Part shown: in pieces, positions 8,987 to 18,315 of the stretch | How the letters are laid out: every line of letters starts with the position of its first letter | How positions within the stretch are numbered: position 1 is the first letter of the stretch | Source of the DNA: Candidatus Levybacteria bacterium RIFCSPHIGHO2_02_FULL_40_18 | GTDB taxonomy: Bacteria; Patescibacteriota; Microgenomatia; Levybacterales; GWA1-39-11 | DNA: 64,000 nucleotides | Reading direction: 5' to 3' | Assembly: GCA_001782235.1 (NCBI GenBank) | Contig: MFOC01000007.1 | Location: 315,909-379,908 of the forward strand | Notes under the pieces: model-generated | Told to the model about the DNA's origin: nothing | Databases searched by the model: none | What the model saw: the letters and a program-made list of their open reading frames with translations, nothing else | Program-made: the position numbers and the translations under genes

Positions 8987-9592
8987 TTGTACAATTGCTA
9001 TACTATGCATGTGGAAGGTTTGATTTTTTTTGCCCAAAATTATAACCCCGTTATTGTCGGGGCTCATCTGTTTGGGGTGGTTTTGGGTTTTGGCGCGGCT
9101 TTAATAGGCGACATTTTATTTTTTAAATTCTTAAAAGACTCTAAAATCGAAGAAAAAGAGGTGGATGTCTTAAAAACAATGTCAAAAATTGTCTGGACAG
9201 GACTTTTTATAATTGTTATTTCGGGCGTTTTTTTGTTTTTGTCAGACGTCGAACGTTATTCTCAATCTTCAAAATTTCTTGTAAAGATGATTGTCGTTGG
9301 GATAATTATTCTTAATGGTGGAGTGCTCAATTTGGCTGTCGCGCCGAAACTTACGTCTATCAATTTTAGTGAACCTAGGGGTTCGGGAATTCGGAGCCTT
9401 GCGTTTGCCTGCGGCGCGATTTCAGTAACCTCCTGGTGGACGGCATTTATTTTGGGCTTAATGCACATGTCTCCTGCCCCGTTTCATGTTTTACTTTCAA
9501 TCTATCTATTTATCCTTGCCGGCGCAATACTTATAAGCCAAATTTTAGAGCGGCTTATTTCTACTCATAAAATCAACCCTCCGGTTGTATAA
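8987..9592 (+). CDS. hypothetical integral membrane protein (4 TM)
   Basis: Hydrophobic helices (VIVGAHLFGVVLGFGAALIGDILFF, VWTGLFIIVISGVFLFL, MIVVGIIILNGGVLNL, and others). Start uncertain (ATG at 8987 or 9005). Confidence 0.45.
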   Translation: MYNCYTMHVEGLIFFAQNYNPVIVGAHLFGVVLGFGAALIGDILFFKFLKDSKIEEKEVDVLKTMSKIVWTGLFIIVISGVFLFLSDVERYSQSSKFLVKMIVVGIIILNGGVLNLAVAPKLTSINFSEPRGSGIRSLAFACGAISVTSWWTAFILGLMHMSPAPFHVLLSIYLFILAGAILISQILERLISTHKINPPVV

Positions 9593-9688
9593 TAGACCTA
9601 TGGATTTGACTAAGAAAAAGTGTAAGCCCTGTGAGGGCGGGCTTTCAATCAACGACTTTATCCTGGCCTCAAAAATCGAGCAACTTGA

Positions 9689-10258
9689 TTAATGTCGAAG
9701 CGTTCTAAAGAGTCCAAGCAAAGAGTCAAAAATTTTTCTTTTCTCACTCTCGCCAAGACTTGAACATCTATTGTTATTACTTACCAAATCTAGAATATCT
9801 GTCCCCATTTCTTCTATCTGTTCGACTGGAACAATGGGGGGGTGATGTTTTTCAATTATTGTTATGATGTCCTGATCGATTTCTCTTCCAAAATTCAAAA
9901 TTTTTTCAGAGCTTAAAATTGGTGTTCCAACTGCTAAGGCATAAGCAATCTCCGTACCCGTGCTATGACCGACATAGCCATTGGTAGCAACAACATACAT
10001 AAACCTTGCTCTTTTTATCGCCTCAAGAAAAAGACGTTCAAGCCGTTTTTTCTCGACAAGACCCCCCCCACCCCCTAAAAAAACAAAATTTACATCCAGA
10101 TAAATGGGTTCTGAATCTGGAAGAGGATAAACAGCAAATCCACTATCTGAAAATAAAGCCGAAACGCGTTGCGTCTCCCTAAAATGATCTTCCCGTCGAT
10201 AACTTGAGGCAATAACTATGTCTTTGTCTCTGATGAAAGGGGGAATCTCGACGCTCAT
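9689..10258 (-). CDS. LOG/TIGR00730-like Rossmann-fold protein (putative nucleotide-binding)
   Basis: Motifs in LOG-family order: FVFLGGGGGLVEK (compare GGGxxGLMG) then YVGHSTGTEIAYALAVGTPI (compare PGGxGTxEE). The track ORF (to 10468) overlaps the upstream gene, so the start is set at MSVEIP (10258). Confidence 0.4.
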   Translation of the reverse strand: MSVEIPPFIRDKDIVIASSYRREDHFRETQRVSALFSDSGFAVYPLPDSEPIYLDVNFVFLGGGGGLVEKKRLERLFLEAIKRARFMYVVATNGYVGHSTGTEIAYALAVGTPILSSEKILNFGREIDQDIITIIEKHHPPIVPVEQIEEMGTDILDLVSNNNRCSSLGESEKRKIFDSLLGLFRTLRH

Positions 10259-10361
10259 CCCGATTATTATAACACGATTTTTTACCAGTGGGTTCGGAGG
10301 TGGTTCCCTTCGACTTACTTCGTGGATCGGTAAACTCGCCGCTCGTTCGCTCAGGGCAAGC

Positions 10362-12017
10362 TTACCAGTTTTCCCTGAGGTGATGCATTGCGTATTCGAG
10401 GGAGCCATTGACTTTTTTGCCGCGATTGAAAATATTCTCCGGGTCAAATATTTTTTTGGTTTCTTCAAAAAGTTTGACGATTTTTTCTCCGTACATTTGT
10501 TTAAGATAGGGAGTTCTGATTAATCCGTCGTTATGTTCTCCCGTTGTCGAACCCCTGTATTCTGTAACTATTTTATACACTTTATTTGAAATCTCAGGAA
10601 TTGCGGTTCTAACTCTTGGATTTTTAATATCAACCAATGGAATTATGTGAAAATTGCCGTTTCCAACGTGTCCTGCAACCGTATAAATAAACTCAGGATA
10701 TTGTTTGAGGATGTCCGTAACCCGCGGCAAAACCTCCGAAATATATTCCGGCTTTATTACAAAATCATCTATAAAAGGAGCTGTGTGCTTATCTCGTATT
10801 TTTTTACGAAGCAAATTAAAACTTTCACGGCGGACCAGCCAATATTTTTTTTCCTGCCCTTCCTCGGCAGTTTGGGTGGTAGGGTGAAGCGGCTTTAATT
10901 TCTCGCGTAGCGCTTGAAGTTTGTCTTCAACCTCGCGTCTTTCATTGCTAGTAAAATCAACCTGAAGAACGAGTTTAGGTAGTTTTCTCCCGGTGAATAA
11001 TTCGAAGAATGCCGGCAAAAAAGCAAGTCCTGCCTCAATCATTCCAAAAAGCCCAAGCTGTTTTGCGAATTCGGGGAAATACTTGAGCGCCAATTTTAAT
11101 GTATTGTCATCATATGACTCAAAACTTTCAGGATTAAGTTCGAGAACCGCGTTAATTATTTGCCCAAGATGAGACATGTCATGAAGGTAAATGATTAACA
11201 TTCCACGGTGTTCGTGAACCGGAACAAGTTCAAGATCCCCCTCAAGCATTAGCCCTAATGTTCCTTGTGCGCCAACCCAAAGTTGAGTTAAGTCGAATGC
11301 TTTTTGTTCGCGATCATATACGTTCCAAAGAAAATATCCCGCCGAATTTTTTGACACATCCGGTTTTGCGTTCATAATCTCATCATAGTTATCATTTATT
11401 AGCTTATACATTTTTTGGTAAATTTCTCCTTCAAAATCGTTTTGCGACATTTTTTCTTTTAGTTCTTGTTCGCCAAGTTTTTTAAATTCATAAGTTTTCC
11501 CGTCTGATAGAACCACTTTTACGCGCCTTACATAATTTTCCGTTTTTCCATATTGGAGCGATTTTTCCCCTCCGGAATTATTATTAAATATTCCTCCCAT
11601 TGCACAGATTCCTTTCGATGCCGGATAAGAAGGGAAAATTAAATTGCGTTTTAATGTTTCTGTCTCGAAATCTCGATAAAAAACGCCCGGCTCTGTTGTC
11701 GAAATATTTCCATTTAGAACAGGTGTATGGTTAAAGTATTTACCAAAAGCTACAATAATCGATTCTGAAAGCGCTCCGCCGCTCATGTCAGTCCCCGCGG
11801 CACGCCCTGTGAGTGAAAGGCCGGGATTTTCTTTTTTATGTTTATTAACAAAATTAACTAGAGACTCAACGTCTTCTTGATCGCGAGGAAAAACCACAAC
11901 CTGGGGTTTCACTTCGAACAATGAAGCATCATGACTATATTCTGTAAGTGTCGTTTCGTCAGTTGAAATATCACCTTTTAAAGATTGTTTAAGCTCCTTT
12001 ATAAGATCATTGTTCAT
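10362..12017 (-). CDS. FAD-binding oxidoreductase (FAD-linked oxidase, GlcD/D-lactate dehydrogenase family)
   Basis: N-terminal FAD-binding PCMH-type region (VVFPRDQEDVESLVNFVNK...LTGRAAGTDMSGGAL) and a C-terminal FAD-oxidase domain. Confidence 0.75.
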   Translation of the reverse strand: MNNDLIKELKQSLKGDISTDETTLTEYSHDASLFEVKPQVVVFPRDQEDVESLVNFVNKHKKENPGLSLTGRAAGTDMSGGALSESIIVAFGKYFNHTPVLNGNISTTEPGVFYRDFETETLKRNLIFPSYPASKGICAMGGIFNNNSGGEKSLQYGKTENYVRRVKVVLSDGKTYEFKKLGEQELKEKMSQNDFEGEIYQKMYKLINDNYDEIMNAKPDVSKNSAGYFLWNVYDREQKAFDLTQLWVGAQGTLGLMLEGDLELVPVHEHRGMLIIYLHDMSHLGQIINAVLELNPESFESYDDNTLKLALKYFPEFAKQLGLFGMIEAGLAFLPAFFELFTGRKLPKLVLQVDFTSNERREVEDKLQALREKLKPLHPTTQTAEEGQEKKYWLVRRESFNLLRKKIRDKHTAPFIDDFVIKPEYISEVLPRVTDILKQYPEFIYTVAGHVGNGNFHIIPLVDIKNPRVRTAIPEISNKVYKIVTEYRGSTTGEHNDGLIRTPYLKQMYGEKIVKLFEETKKIFDPENIFNRGKKVNGSLEYAMHHLRENW

Positions 12018-12139
12018 ACAGAAAAAGGAAAGTGGTTATTTGAGATTAGAGAATAGTAATAGAAATTGGAAATTGGAGAATAGCTATTTTTCTATTCCCT
12101 ATTATCTATTTTCCATTACTAATTTTCATTTTCCAATAA

Positions 12140-13129
12140 CTATTTTCTAGATATAGCTTTTTTAACTGCTGCAATTACGGCGTCTTTGTCCATTTTGTAT
12201 TTTTTAATTAATTCGGCAGGTTTTCCCGATTCTCCAAAAGTATTTTGAAGACCAACGAATTCCATCGGGACAGATTTGTTTCGAACAAGAACTTCTGCAA
12301 TTGCACCTCCCAAGCCTCCTGTGATTTGATGGTCTTCTACTGAAACTGCGGTTCCTGCCTTTTGGGTGAGTTCGAGTATTGATTTTTCATCAATTGGTTT
12401 TATTGTTGAAACATTAGCAACAATCACTTCGATTCCTTGGATTGCGAGTTCTTTTGCGGCGAGGAGCGCCTGGTACAAGAGCCAGCCCATGCTAAAGATT
12501 ACTACCTGAGGTTTATTCGAAGTCCAAAAGACTTGAATTCTCCCGGGCTCAAAAGGAGTTTTTTCGGTGGTCATCACAGGGCTTTTGTCTCGAGTAAATC
12601 TTAGATAAACAGGCCCCTTTATTTTTCCTGCTTCAACAGTTGCTTTTTTGGCTTCAATTGCGTCACAGGGTACGAAAATCTTGATATTTGGCCATGCTCG
12701 GACTGACGCAATATCTTCTGTTGCTTGGTGAGTTGCACCATCAGGGCCTGTCATAATCCCCGAATGATGCCCTGCGATTTTAACATTTGAATCGTTATAT
12801 ATAATAGTTGTACGAATTGTTTCCCAATTCTTTCCGGGAGAAAAAGTTGCGTAAGATGAAATAAAGGCGGTTTTTCCTGAAATTCCAAGGCCGGCAGCGA
12901 TAGCGGCCATGTTTTGTTCGGCAACTCCCACTTCAAAAAAGCGGTCTGGGAATTTTTTAGCAAAGTCTTCAGATTTGGTCGACTCTGTTAAATCAGCACA
13001 AAGAACTACAACATTTGGATCTTGTTCGCCCAATTCTACAAGACCCGCGCCGTAGCCGGATCTCGTTGCATCCATCTCAACATCCTTATCAAAAAGTTTA
13101 GGGTTCAGTTTTAAATCAGGATTTAACAT
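12140..13129 (-). CDS. transketolase, C-terminal (pyrimidine-binding) subunit
   Basis: Transketolase Pyr and C-terminal domain motifs (FFEVGVAEQNMAAIAAGL..., GPDGATHQATEDIA). Pairs with the adjacent N-terminal subunit. Confidence 0.85.
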   Translation of the reverse strand: MLNPDLKLNPKLFDKDVEMDATRSGYGAGLVELGEQDPNVVVLCADLTESTKSEDFAKKFPDRFFEVGVAEQNMAAIAAGLGISGKTAFISSYATFSPGKNWETIRTTIIYNDSNVKIAGHHSGIMTGPDGATHQATEDIASVRAWPNIKIFVPCDAIEAKKATVEAGKIKGPVYLRFTRDKSPVMTTEKTPFEPGRIQVFWTSNKPQVVIFSMGWLLYQALLAAKELAIQGIEVIVANVSTIKPIDEKSILELTQKAGTAVSVEDHQITGGLGGAIAEVLVRNKSVPMEFVGLQNTFGESGKPAELIKKYKMDKDAVIAAVKKAISRK

Positions 13130-13133
13130 AATA

Positions 13134-13236
13134 AGAACTCAAAACTTAAAACTCAAAACTCAAATCTACAACTTTAAATCTTAAAACTTTTTAGATTTGA
13201 GATGTAGTTTTGACATTTGACATTTGAGATTTGACA
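13134..13236. repeat. family-B imperfect palindromic heptamer repeat (aaactca/aaactta ... agatttga/catttga) filling the gap between the two transketolase cistrons
   Basis: The left arm (aactcaaaacttaaaactcaaaactcaaatctacaactt) and right arm (agatttgagatgtagttttgacatttgacatttgagatttgac) are roughly reverse complements. Related fragments occur inside tsaE (54603-54650) and the SpoU gene (24781-24817). Confidence 0.75.
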
Positions 13237-13240
13237 TGAA

Positions 13241-14104
13241 TTATTGGTGTTCGCTTATAATCTTACCTTCAAGAGTCCTTAATTCTTTCAGTGCCTTTTT
13301 AGCTTCCTCCTCATTTGGCGGCTTTCCATGCCACTCAAATTTATTTTCCATAAAATCAACACCTTTTCCCGGAATTGTATGGGCAATTATCACAGATGGT
13401 TTTTGGTGAACAGCTTGCGCCTGATTTACTGCCTCGGTAAAGGCTCGGATATTATGTCCATCGACATCCTGCACGAACCAATTAAATGCTTCATATTTTG
13501 AACGTAAAAATTCAAGCGGCATTACGTTTTCCGTATATCCGTCTATTTGAATATTATTCCGGTCAATTATTACTGTTAAATTGTCAAGTTTATTTTTGGC
13601 TGCAAACATGGCTGCTTCCCAAGTATTTCCTTCTTGGTGTTCGCCATCTGACGCAATGCAGTAGACATGATAGTCTTTCTTGTCCAAACGTCCTGCAAGG
13701 GCCATTCCGATTGATTGAGATATTCCTTCACCAAGTGGGCCGGAAGTTGTTTCTACGCCCGGGAGGGCGGATCTATGAGGATGCCCTTGTAAACGCGAAT
13801 TAATTTTTCGCAGAGTTTTAAGTTCGGCGGCAGGGAAATATCCTGCCATTGCCATGGCAACGTAGCGAATAGGACAGATGTGTCCGTTTGATAAGACCAG
13901 ACGGTCACGGTCTGTCCAGAAAGGGTTCTTTGGATCGTGATTTAAAATATGAAAGTAAAAGGCGATAAAAATATCCGCCATTCCCAAAGGCCCTGCAGAG
14001 TGTCCTGATCCTGCCTCAAGTAAAGTTTCGATCACAAGTTCCCGCGCGCGAGTTGCTTTAAGCTCGAGATCTTTTAATTTTTCGTCATGTATTTCTTCTA
14101 ACAT
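13241..14104 (-). CDS. transketolase, N-terminal (thiamine-diphosphate-binding) subunit
   Basis: TPP-binding motifs (GSGHSAGPLGMADIF, GDGEHQEGNTWEAAMFAAK, GHPHR). Confidence 0.85.
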   Translation of the reverse strand: MLEEIHDEKLKDLELKATRARELVIETLLEAGSGHSAGPLGMADIFIAFYFHILNHDPKNPFWTDRDRLVLSNGHICPIRYVAMAMAGYFPAAELKTLRKINSRLQGHPHRSALPGVETTSGPLGEGISQSIGMALAGRLDKKDYHVYCIASDGEHQEGNTWEAAMFAAKNKLDNLTVIIDRNNIQIDGYTENVMPLEFLRSKYEAFNWFVQDVDGHNIRAFTEAVNQAQAVHQKPSVIIAHTIPGKGVDFMENKFEWHGKPPNEEEAKKALKELRTLEGKIISEHQ

Positions 14105-14105
14105 G

Positions 14106-15440
14106 CTATTTTCTTAGTACTATTATTAAATCAGATACATTGGAAGGAAGTCTACCCGTAGTAAGATTATCCCGAGTTTTCTTGAAGAACTCAAAACTAT
14201 TGTTGGTTTCCAAATATTTTAGGGGTTCAATCTCTAATTTTTTTGCTCTCTCGATAGTTTTATAGTCGCCAATTGCGCCTGCATGTTCGGTATTGTCCCA
14301 TCCGTCTGAAGCGAACGAACAAATTGTAATATCGCGGCCGACATGCTCAAGTGCTCCTAAAACTAGTTCTTGGTTTCGCCCGCCGCGACCCTCCCTCTGG
14401 GCCAGAGACTCTCTGGGCCGGAGACTCTTTTTTGCTACGTGAACGGTTGTTTCTCCCCCGCAAAGCAAGATCGAATTAAGATGAGTCTCAGAAATCAATT
14501 TTTTGCCTGCATCTCGTGCCTCTGATTCAAATCGATCGGAGAAAATCTCTGCATGGTAGCCTAGGTCTTTGGCCCCTTTTTGCATTGCAGAAAGTGCCGT
14601 ATCGTTACTTAAAACGATTATATTACGAACATTCTCAAAATATTTTTTATCATGAGGATTTTCAATAAAAGCGTCACGCGTCAAATTTAATTCTTGTTCG
14701 AGGTTATATTTTTTAATGATCCCAATTGCATCTTCAATTGTTGTTGGATCGTAGGCTGTTGGGCCTGAGGCAATGGTTGATAGATCATTTCCGGGAACAT
14801 CTGAATAAATCAAAGCTGCCACTTTTGCGGGGTACAAAATTTGAGCTAATCCTCCGCCTTTAACGTCCGATAAGTGCTTTCTGACTATATTCATTTCGGT
14901 AATATTTGCTCCGGATTTCAAAAGCGCTTTGCCGACCTCTATTTTTTGTTCGAGTGATATTGTATGCGGATGAACAAACATGGCAGACCCGCCGCCGCAA
15001 ATAACAACCAAAACAAGATCTTTTTCGGAAAGATTCGAAAGCCTTTCGAGAACCTTTTGGGTGAATTTAAAATTCGTTTCGGACGGAAGAGGATGAGTTC
15101 CCTTAGTAAATTCAAGTTTTTCAAGGCGAGGCCTTGCATGAGCTTGCCTTTCAGGGATGCTAGTATCGATCACGTAACCCTCCGTTAATTTGTCGGAAAT
15201 TAGATTTTCGAGTATCTTAGCATTCTCGGCCGAACCTTTTCCAAAGCCCAAGATAAAGACTCGTTCGAAATCATCCAGATCGAATTCCTGATCGCCGATC
15301 GTCAAAATATTCCCGTGTCTGTGAACGCTTGTTCTGAAAACCTCCTCCGGCTGAATCGAAGCAAGTGCAGCCTCAACAAGCTCTAAAATAATTTTTCTTT
15401 CAGGCGTCTTTGCAATCTCGGAGAAATTCTTAATAAACAT
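14106..15440 (-). CDS. glycerate 2-kinase (MOFRL family)
   Basis: MOFRL-family motifs (VFILGFGKGSAENAK; LVLVVICGGGSAMF; LLCGGETTVHV). Confidence 0.75.
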   Translation of the reverse strand: MFIKNFSEIAKTPERKIILELVEAALASIQPEEVFRTSVHRHGNILTIGDQEFDLDDFERVFILGFGKGSAENAKILENLISDKLTEGYVIDTSIPERQAHARPRLEKLEFTKGTHPLPSETNFKFTQKVLERLSNLSEKDLVLVVICGGGSAMFVHPHTISLEQKIEVGKALLKSGANITEMNIVRKHLSDVKGGGLAQILYPAKVAALIYSDVPGNDLSTIASGPTAYDPTTIEDAIGIIKKYNLEQELNLTRDAFIENPHDKKYFENVRNIIVLSNDTALSAMQKGAKDLGYHAEIFSDRFESEARDAGKKLISETHLNSILLCGGETTVHVAKKSLRPRESLAQREGRGGRNQELVLGALEHVGRDITICSFASDGWDNTEHAGAIGDYKTIERAKKLEIEPLKYLETNNSFEFFKKTRDNLTTGRLPSNVSDLIIVLRK

Positions 15441-15669
15441 AGGCAGTTACAGTTTATCGAGATTGAGTTTTGTTGTCCAATTTGAATGTGATATAATACT
15501 TTTGGTTGAGCCAATGGAAATGTGGATTCAAACGATTCGAATTCTTCGAATAGCCTAATTTTAGGCAGGTCTTCTTTTGGCCACAACACATTGTCATCCC
15601 CGACTTGATTGGGGAACCAGAAATAAAATAAAACTAGATTCCCGCTTTCGCGGGAATGACAAATCAACT

Positions 15670-16827
15670 ATGGACGATAAAGCTAAATATAGAAAAAAGC
15701 TTGAGGAGGTCTCAAGGATTTCTCTTGAAGAAGCAAAGAGGCAAATTTTAGAAGAAGCAAGAGACGAGGCAAAAGAGGATATTGCCAAAATAATCCGTGA
15801 GGCAGAAGAGGAGGCAAAGGCCACAGCTAATATCAAATCCCGGGAAATTCTTGCAGATGCGCTTCGCCACGGAGCATTAGATATCATTCCCGAATATACT
15901 GTTTCAGTTATAAAAATTCCCGATGAAGACATCAAGGGAAGAATTATTGGTAAGGAAGGTCGCAATATCCGCGCTTTTGAGACCGCAACCGGCGTTGATG
16001 TAGGACTTGATGAGGAAGGGATGATTCGTTTATCTTCCTTTGATTCGGTCCGCCGCGAAATAGCAAGACGTGCCCTCGAACTACTAATTAAAGATACTCG
16101 AATTCAACCAATTCGCATAGAAGAAGTCGTCGAACAACAAAAAAAGGAAGTCTCAAGAATTCTCTTTGAAGAAGGTCAAAAAATTGCAGAAGAAATTGGG
16201 GTATTAAATATTCATCCTGATCTTCTGTCAATGTTAGGACGCTTTAAGTTCAGAACTTCTTTTGGGCAAAATTTGGTAGTCCATTCTCTTGAAGTAGCAA
16301 AAATTGCAAGTCACCTGGCAGTAGAAATTGGTGCGAATGTTGAAATTGCAAAACTCGGGGCACTTTTTCATGATATAGGTAAAGTTGTATCGGACAAAGA
16401 AGGAAGTCACGTGCAATTAGGAGTCGAATTATTACAAAAATACAAAATGCCTCGGGAGGTAATCAATGCGGTGGCAGAGCATCATGAAGATAAGCCATTC
16501 TCGTCAATCGAGTCAGTTCTTGTATATATTGCGGATGCGGCGTCCGGCGGCCGCCCCGGCGCGCGTCATGAAGACGTTGAGGGATACGTTAAGAGAATCC
16601 GCGACATGGAGGAGATTGCAAAAGGGTTCAACGGAGTAACAGATGCATTTGCTTTTGAAGCAGGGAGAGAACTACGTGTAGTCATGGATCCCGGGAAAAT
16701 GGATGACATTGAAACTACAATTGCCGCCAAAAGAATAAAAGAAGAAATCGATAAAAAACTGATTGTCCCGGGCGTTGTTCGAGTAACAGCGATCCGCGAA
16801 TTTCGAGTTTCCGAACCAAAAGAGTAA
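15670..16827 (+). CDS. rny: ribonuclease Y
   Basis: KH domain (IIGKEGRNIRAFETATGVDV) and HD domain (HSLEVAKIASHLAVEIGANVEIAKLGALFHDIGK), with the conserved RPGARHE. Start taken at MDDKAKY; the N-terminal TM helix seen in many RNase Y proteins is missing. Confidence 0.85.
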   Translation: MDDKAKYRKKLEEVSRISLEEAKRQILEEARDEAKEDIAKIIREAEEEAKATANIKSREILADALRHGALDIIPEYTVSVIKIPDEDIKGRIIGKEGRNIRAFETATGVDVGLDEEGMIRLSSFDSVRREIARRALELLIKDTRIQPIRIEEVVEQQKKEVSRILFEEGQKIAEEIGVLNIHPDLLSMLGRFKFRTSFGQNLVVHSLEVAKIASHLAVEIGANVEIAKLGALFHDIGKVVSDKEGSHVQLGVELLQKYKMPREVINAVAEHHEDKPFSSIESVLVYIADAASGGRPGARHEDVEGYVKRIRDMEEIAKGFNGVTDAFAFEAGRELRVVMDPGKMDDIETTIAAKRIKEEIDKKLIVPGVVRVTAIREFRVSEPKE

Positions 16828-17122
16828 CAATGTTCAGGTAATGCCACTTGCTTAGTCGCTCGTGTCTTCAAAAAAGTACACTTCGCGCCTTTGGATTACT
16901 AAATCAGTCTATTGACAAATGCCTTTTTAAGAGTTATTGTTATATCAATATAAACTCATTATGACTCACCCGCCTATTCTTACTTCAAGCCTTTTCATCC
17001 CGATTTAATCGGGATTCGGTACCATTCGTACACGGCTTGAAGAGCGAATTATGGCGGGCATAAGAAATTGTAAGACTCACTTCGCTCGTCAACAATTTCT
17101 AATGAGGGGTGGTGATAAATAA

Positions 17123-17407
17123 ATGGCAAAATCTGTAACTAAAAAAGAGCTGATTGAGCTCGTAGCAAAAAAAGCAAACCTCACAAATAAGGCATCAAAA
17201 GAAGCAACTAAAGTCTTTCTTAATGGTATTCGAGACTCGTTAAAACGTGGAGAGAAGGTGGTTTTGACAGGATTTGGTACATTTTCGCTCCGAGCGAGAA
17301 AGCAAAGAAAAGGAAGAAATCCAAAGACAGGCGAAACAATTACTATCCCGGCAAGAAATGCCCCCGGATTTACACCCGGAAAAAGTCTCAAGAAAGCTGT
17401 AAGATAG
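17123..17407 (+). CDS. hup: DNA-binding protein HU
   Basis: ELIELVAKKANLTNKASKEATKVFL...VVLTGFGTFSLRARKQRKGRNPKTGETITIPARNAPGFTPGK matches the HU/IHF beta-arm signature. Confidence 0.9.
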   Translation: MAKSVTKKELIELVAKKANLTNKASKEATKVFLNGIRDSLKRGEKVVLTGFGTFSLRARKQRKGRNPKTGETITIPARNAPGFTPGKSLKKAVR

Positions 17408-17412
17408 CCCAC

Positions 17413-18315
17413 GTGAAGGCAATATTTATAGTAGGTCCAACAGCCGTTGGTAAAACGGATCTAGCATTCGGTATTTCTAAGGTTATTCCATCCATTTTAA
17501 TTTCTGCCGATTCTGTACAGGCTTACCGGGGCGCTGACATAATTTCGGGAAAAGATAAATCGGTTAAGACATATCTTCTTGATGTGGCACCCGCAACTCA
17601 GCCTTTTTCGGTCCGGGATTTTGTTGAAAATGTTCGACACATTGTTAAAAAAGCAAGGCTAGAAGGCAGAATCCCTATAGTTGTTGGGGGTACTGGTTTT
17701 TATATTGATGCGCTTTTTAGGAAAATCGATACTCTTTCTATTCCGCCTAATCAGGTTCTTCGAGAAAAACTTGAAAAATTGACTGTCAAAAAACTTCAGG
17801 AAAAATTAAAAAAACTATCCCTTGATCGCTTTCTTAAAATGAATAAGTCCGATGTTAGTAATAAAAGAAGGTTAATTCGTGCAATTGAGATAGCCCAGTC
17901 TAAGAAGCGAAACATAAAGAGCGATGAGTCAATTTTTAACCCCTCTGAAGTATTAATTATTGGGCTTAAAGCCTCGATGGACAATTTGAGAAAGCGAATT
18001 GCTGATCGCGTAGAGAAGAGGCTCGCGATAGGAGCAGTTGATGAAGCTAAAGAGTTATTTAAAGAGTACGAACATTTATCTCCCCAGCTAAAAACGGCCA
18101 ACGGATATAGGCAATTATTTGAATATCTAAAAGGAAAATTGACGTATAATGTGGCAAAAGAAGCATGGATAAATTCTGAAGTAAAAACTGCCAGGAATCA
18201 AATGACATGGCTTAAGAAGAACAAAAATATTAAATGGTTCGATATTGGCAAGAGAGATCTTGAGAGTAGAATTTCAAAGCTTATTGAAGAAGAGTTTGTG
18301 CTAGGAAGAGAGTAA
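17413..18315 (+). CDS. miaA: tRNA dimethylallyltransferase
   Basis: P-loop IVGPTAVGKTDLA followed by ISADSVQAYRGADIISGK. Confidence 0.85.
   Translation: MKAIFIVGPTAVGKTDLAFGISKVIPSILISADSVQAYRGADIISGKDKSVKTYLLDVAPATQPFSVRDFVENVRHIVKKARLEGRIPIVVGGTGFYIDALFRKIDTLSIPPNQVLREKLEKLTVKKLQEKLKKLSLDRFLKMNKSDVSNKRRLIRAIEIAQSKKRNIKSDESIFNPSEVLIIGLKASMDNLRKRIADRVEKRLAIGAVDEAKELFKEYEHLSPQLKTANGYRQLFEYLKGKLTYNVAKEAWINSEVKTARNQMTWLKKNKNIKWFDIGKRDLESRISKLIEEEFVLGRE

Noticed and set aside
8647-9045. Small ORFs 8647-8886(-), 8681-8905(+), 8851-9045(+)
   Set aside because: They overlap tRNA-Pro and the pseudoknot-like inverted-repeat region. No start context or conserved features, and mutually overlapping frames.
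9689-10468. Full-length 259-aa ORF overlapping the FAD oxidase gene by ~107 bp on the same strand
   Set aside because: The overlap region contains the intergenic GC-rich motif (10333-10361) and is not homologous to LOG-family N-termini. The start was moved to ATG 10258.
16545-16570. GC-rich stretch gcgtccggcggccgccccggcgcgcgt in rny as another inserted mini-palindrome
   Set aside because: It encodes AASGGRPGARHE, the conserved RNase Y HD-domain motif (xxRPGARRE). It is native sequence rather than an insertion.
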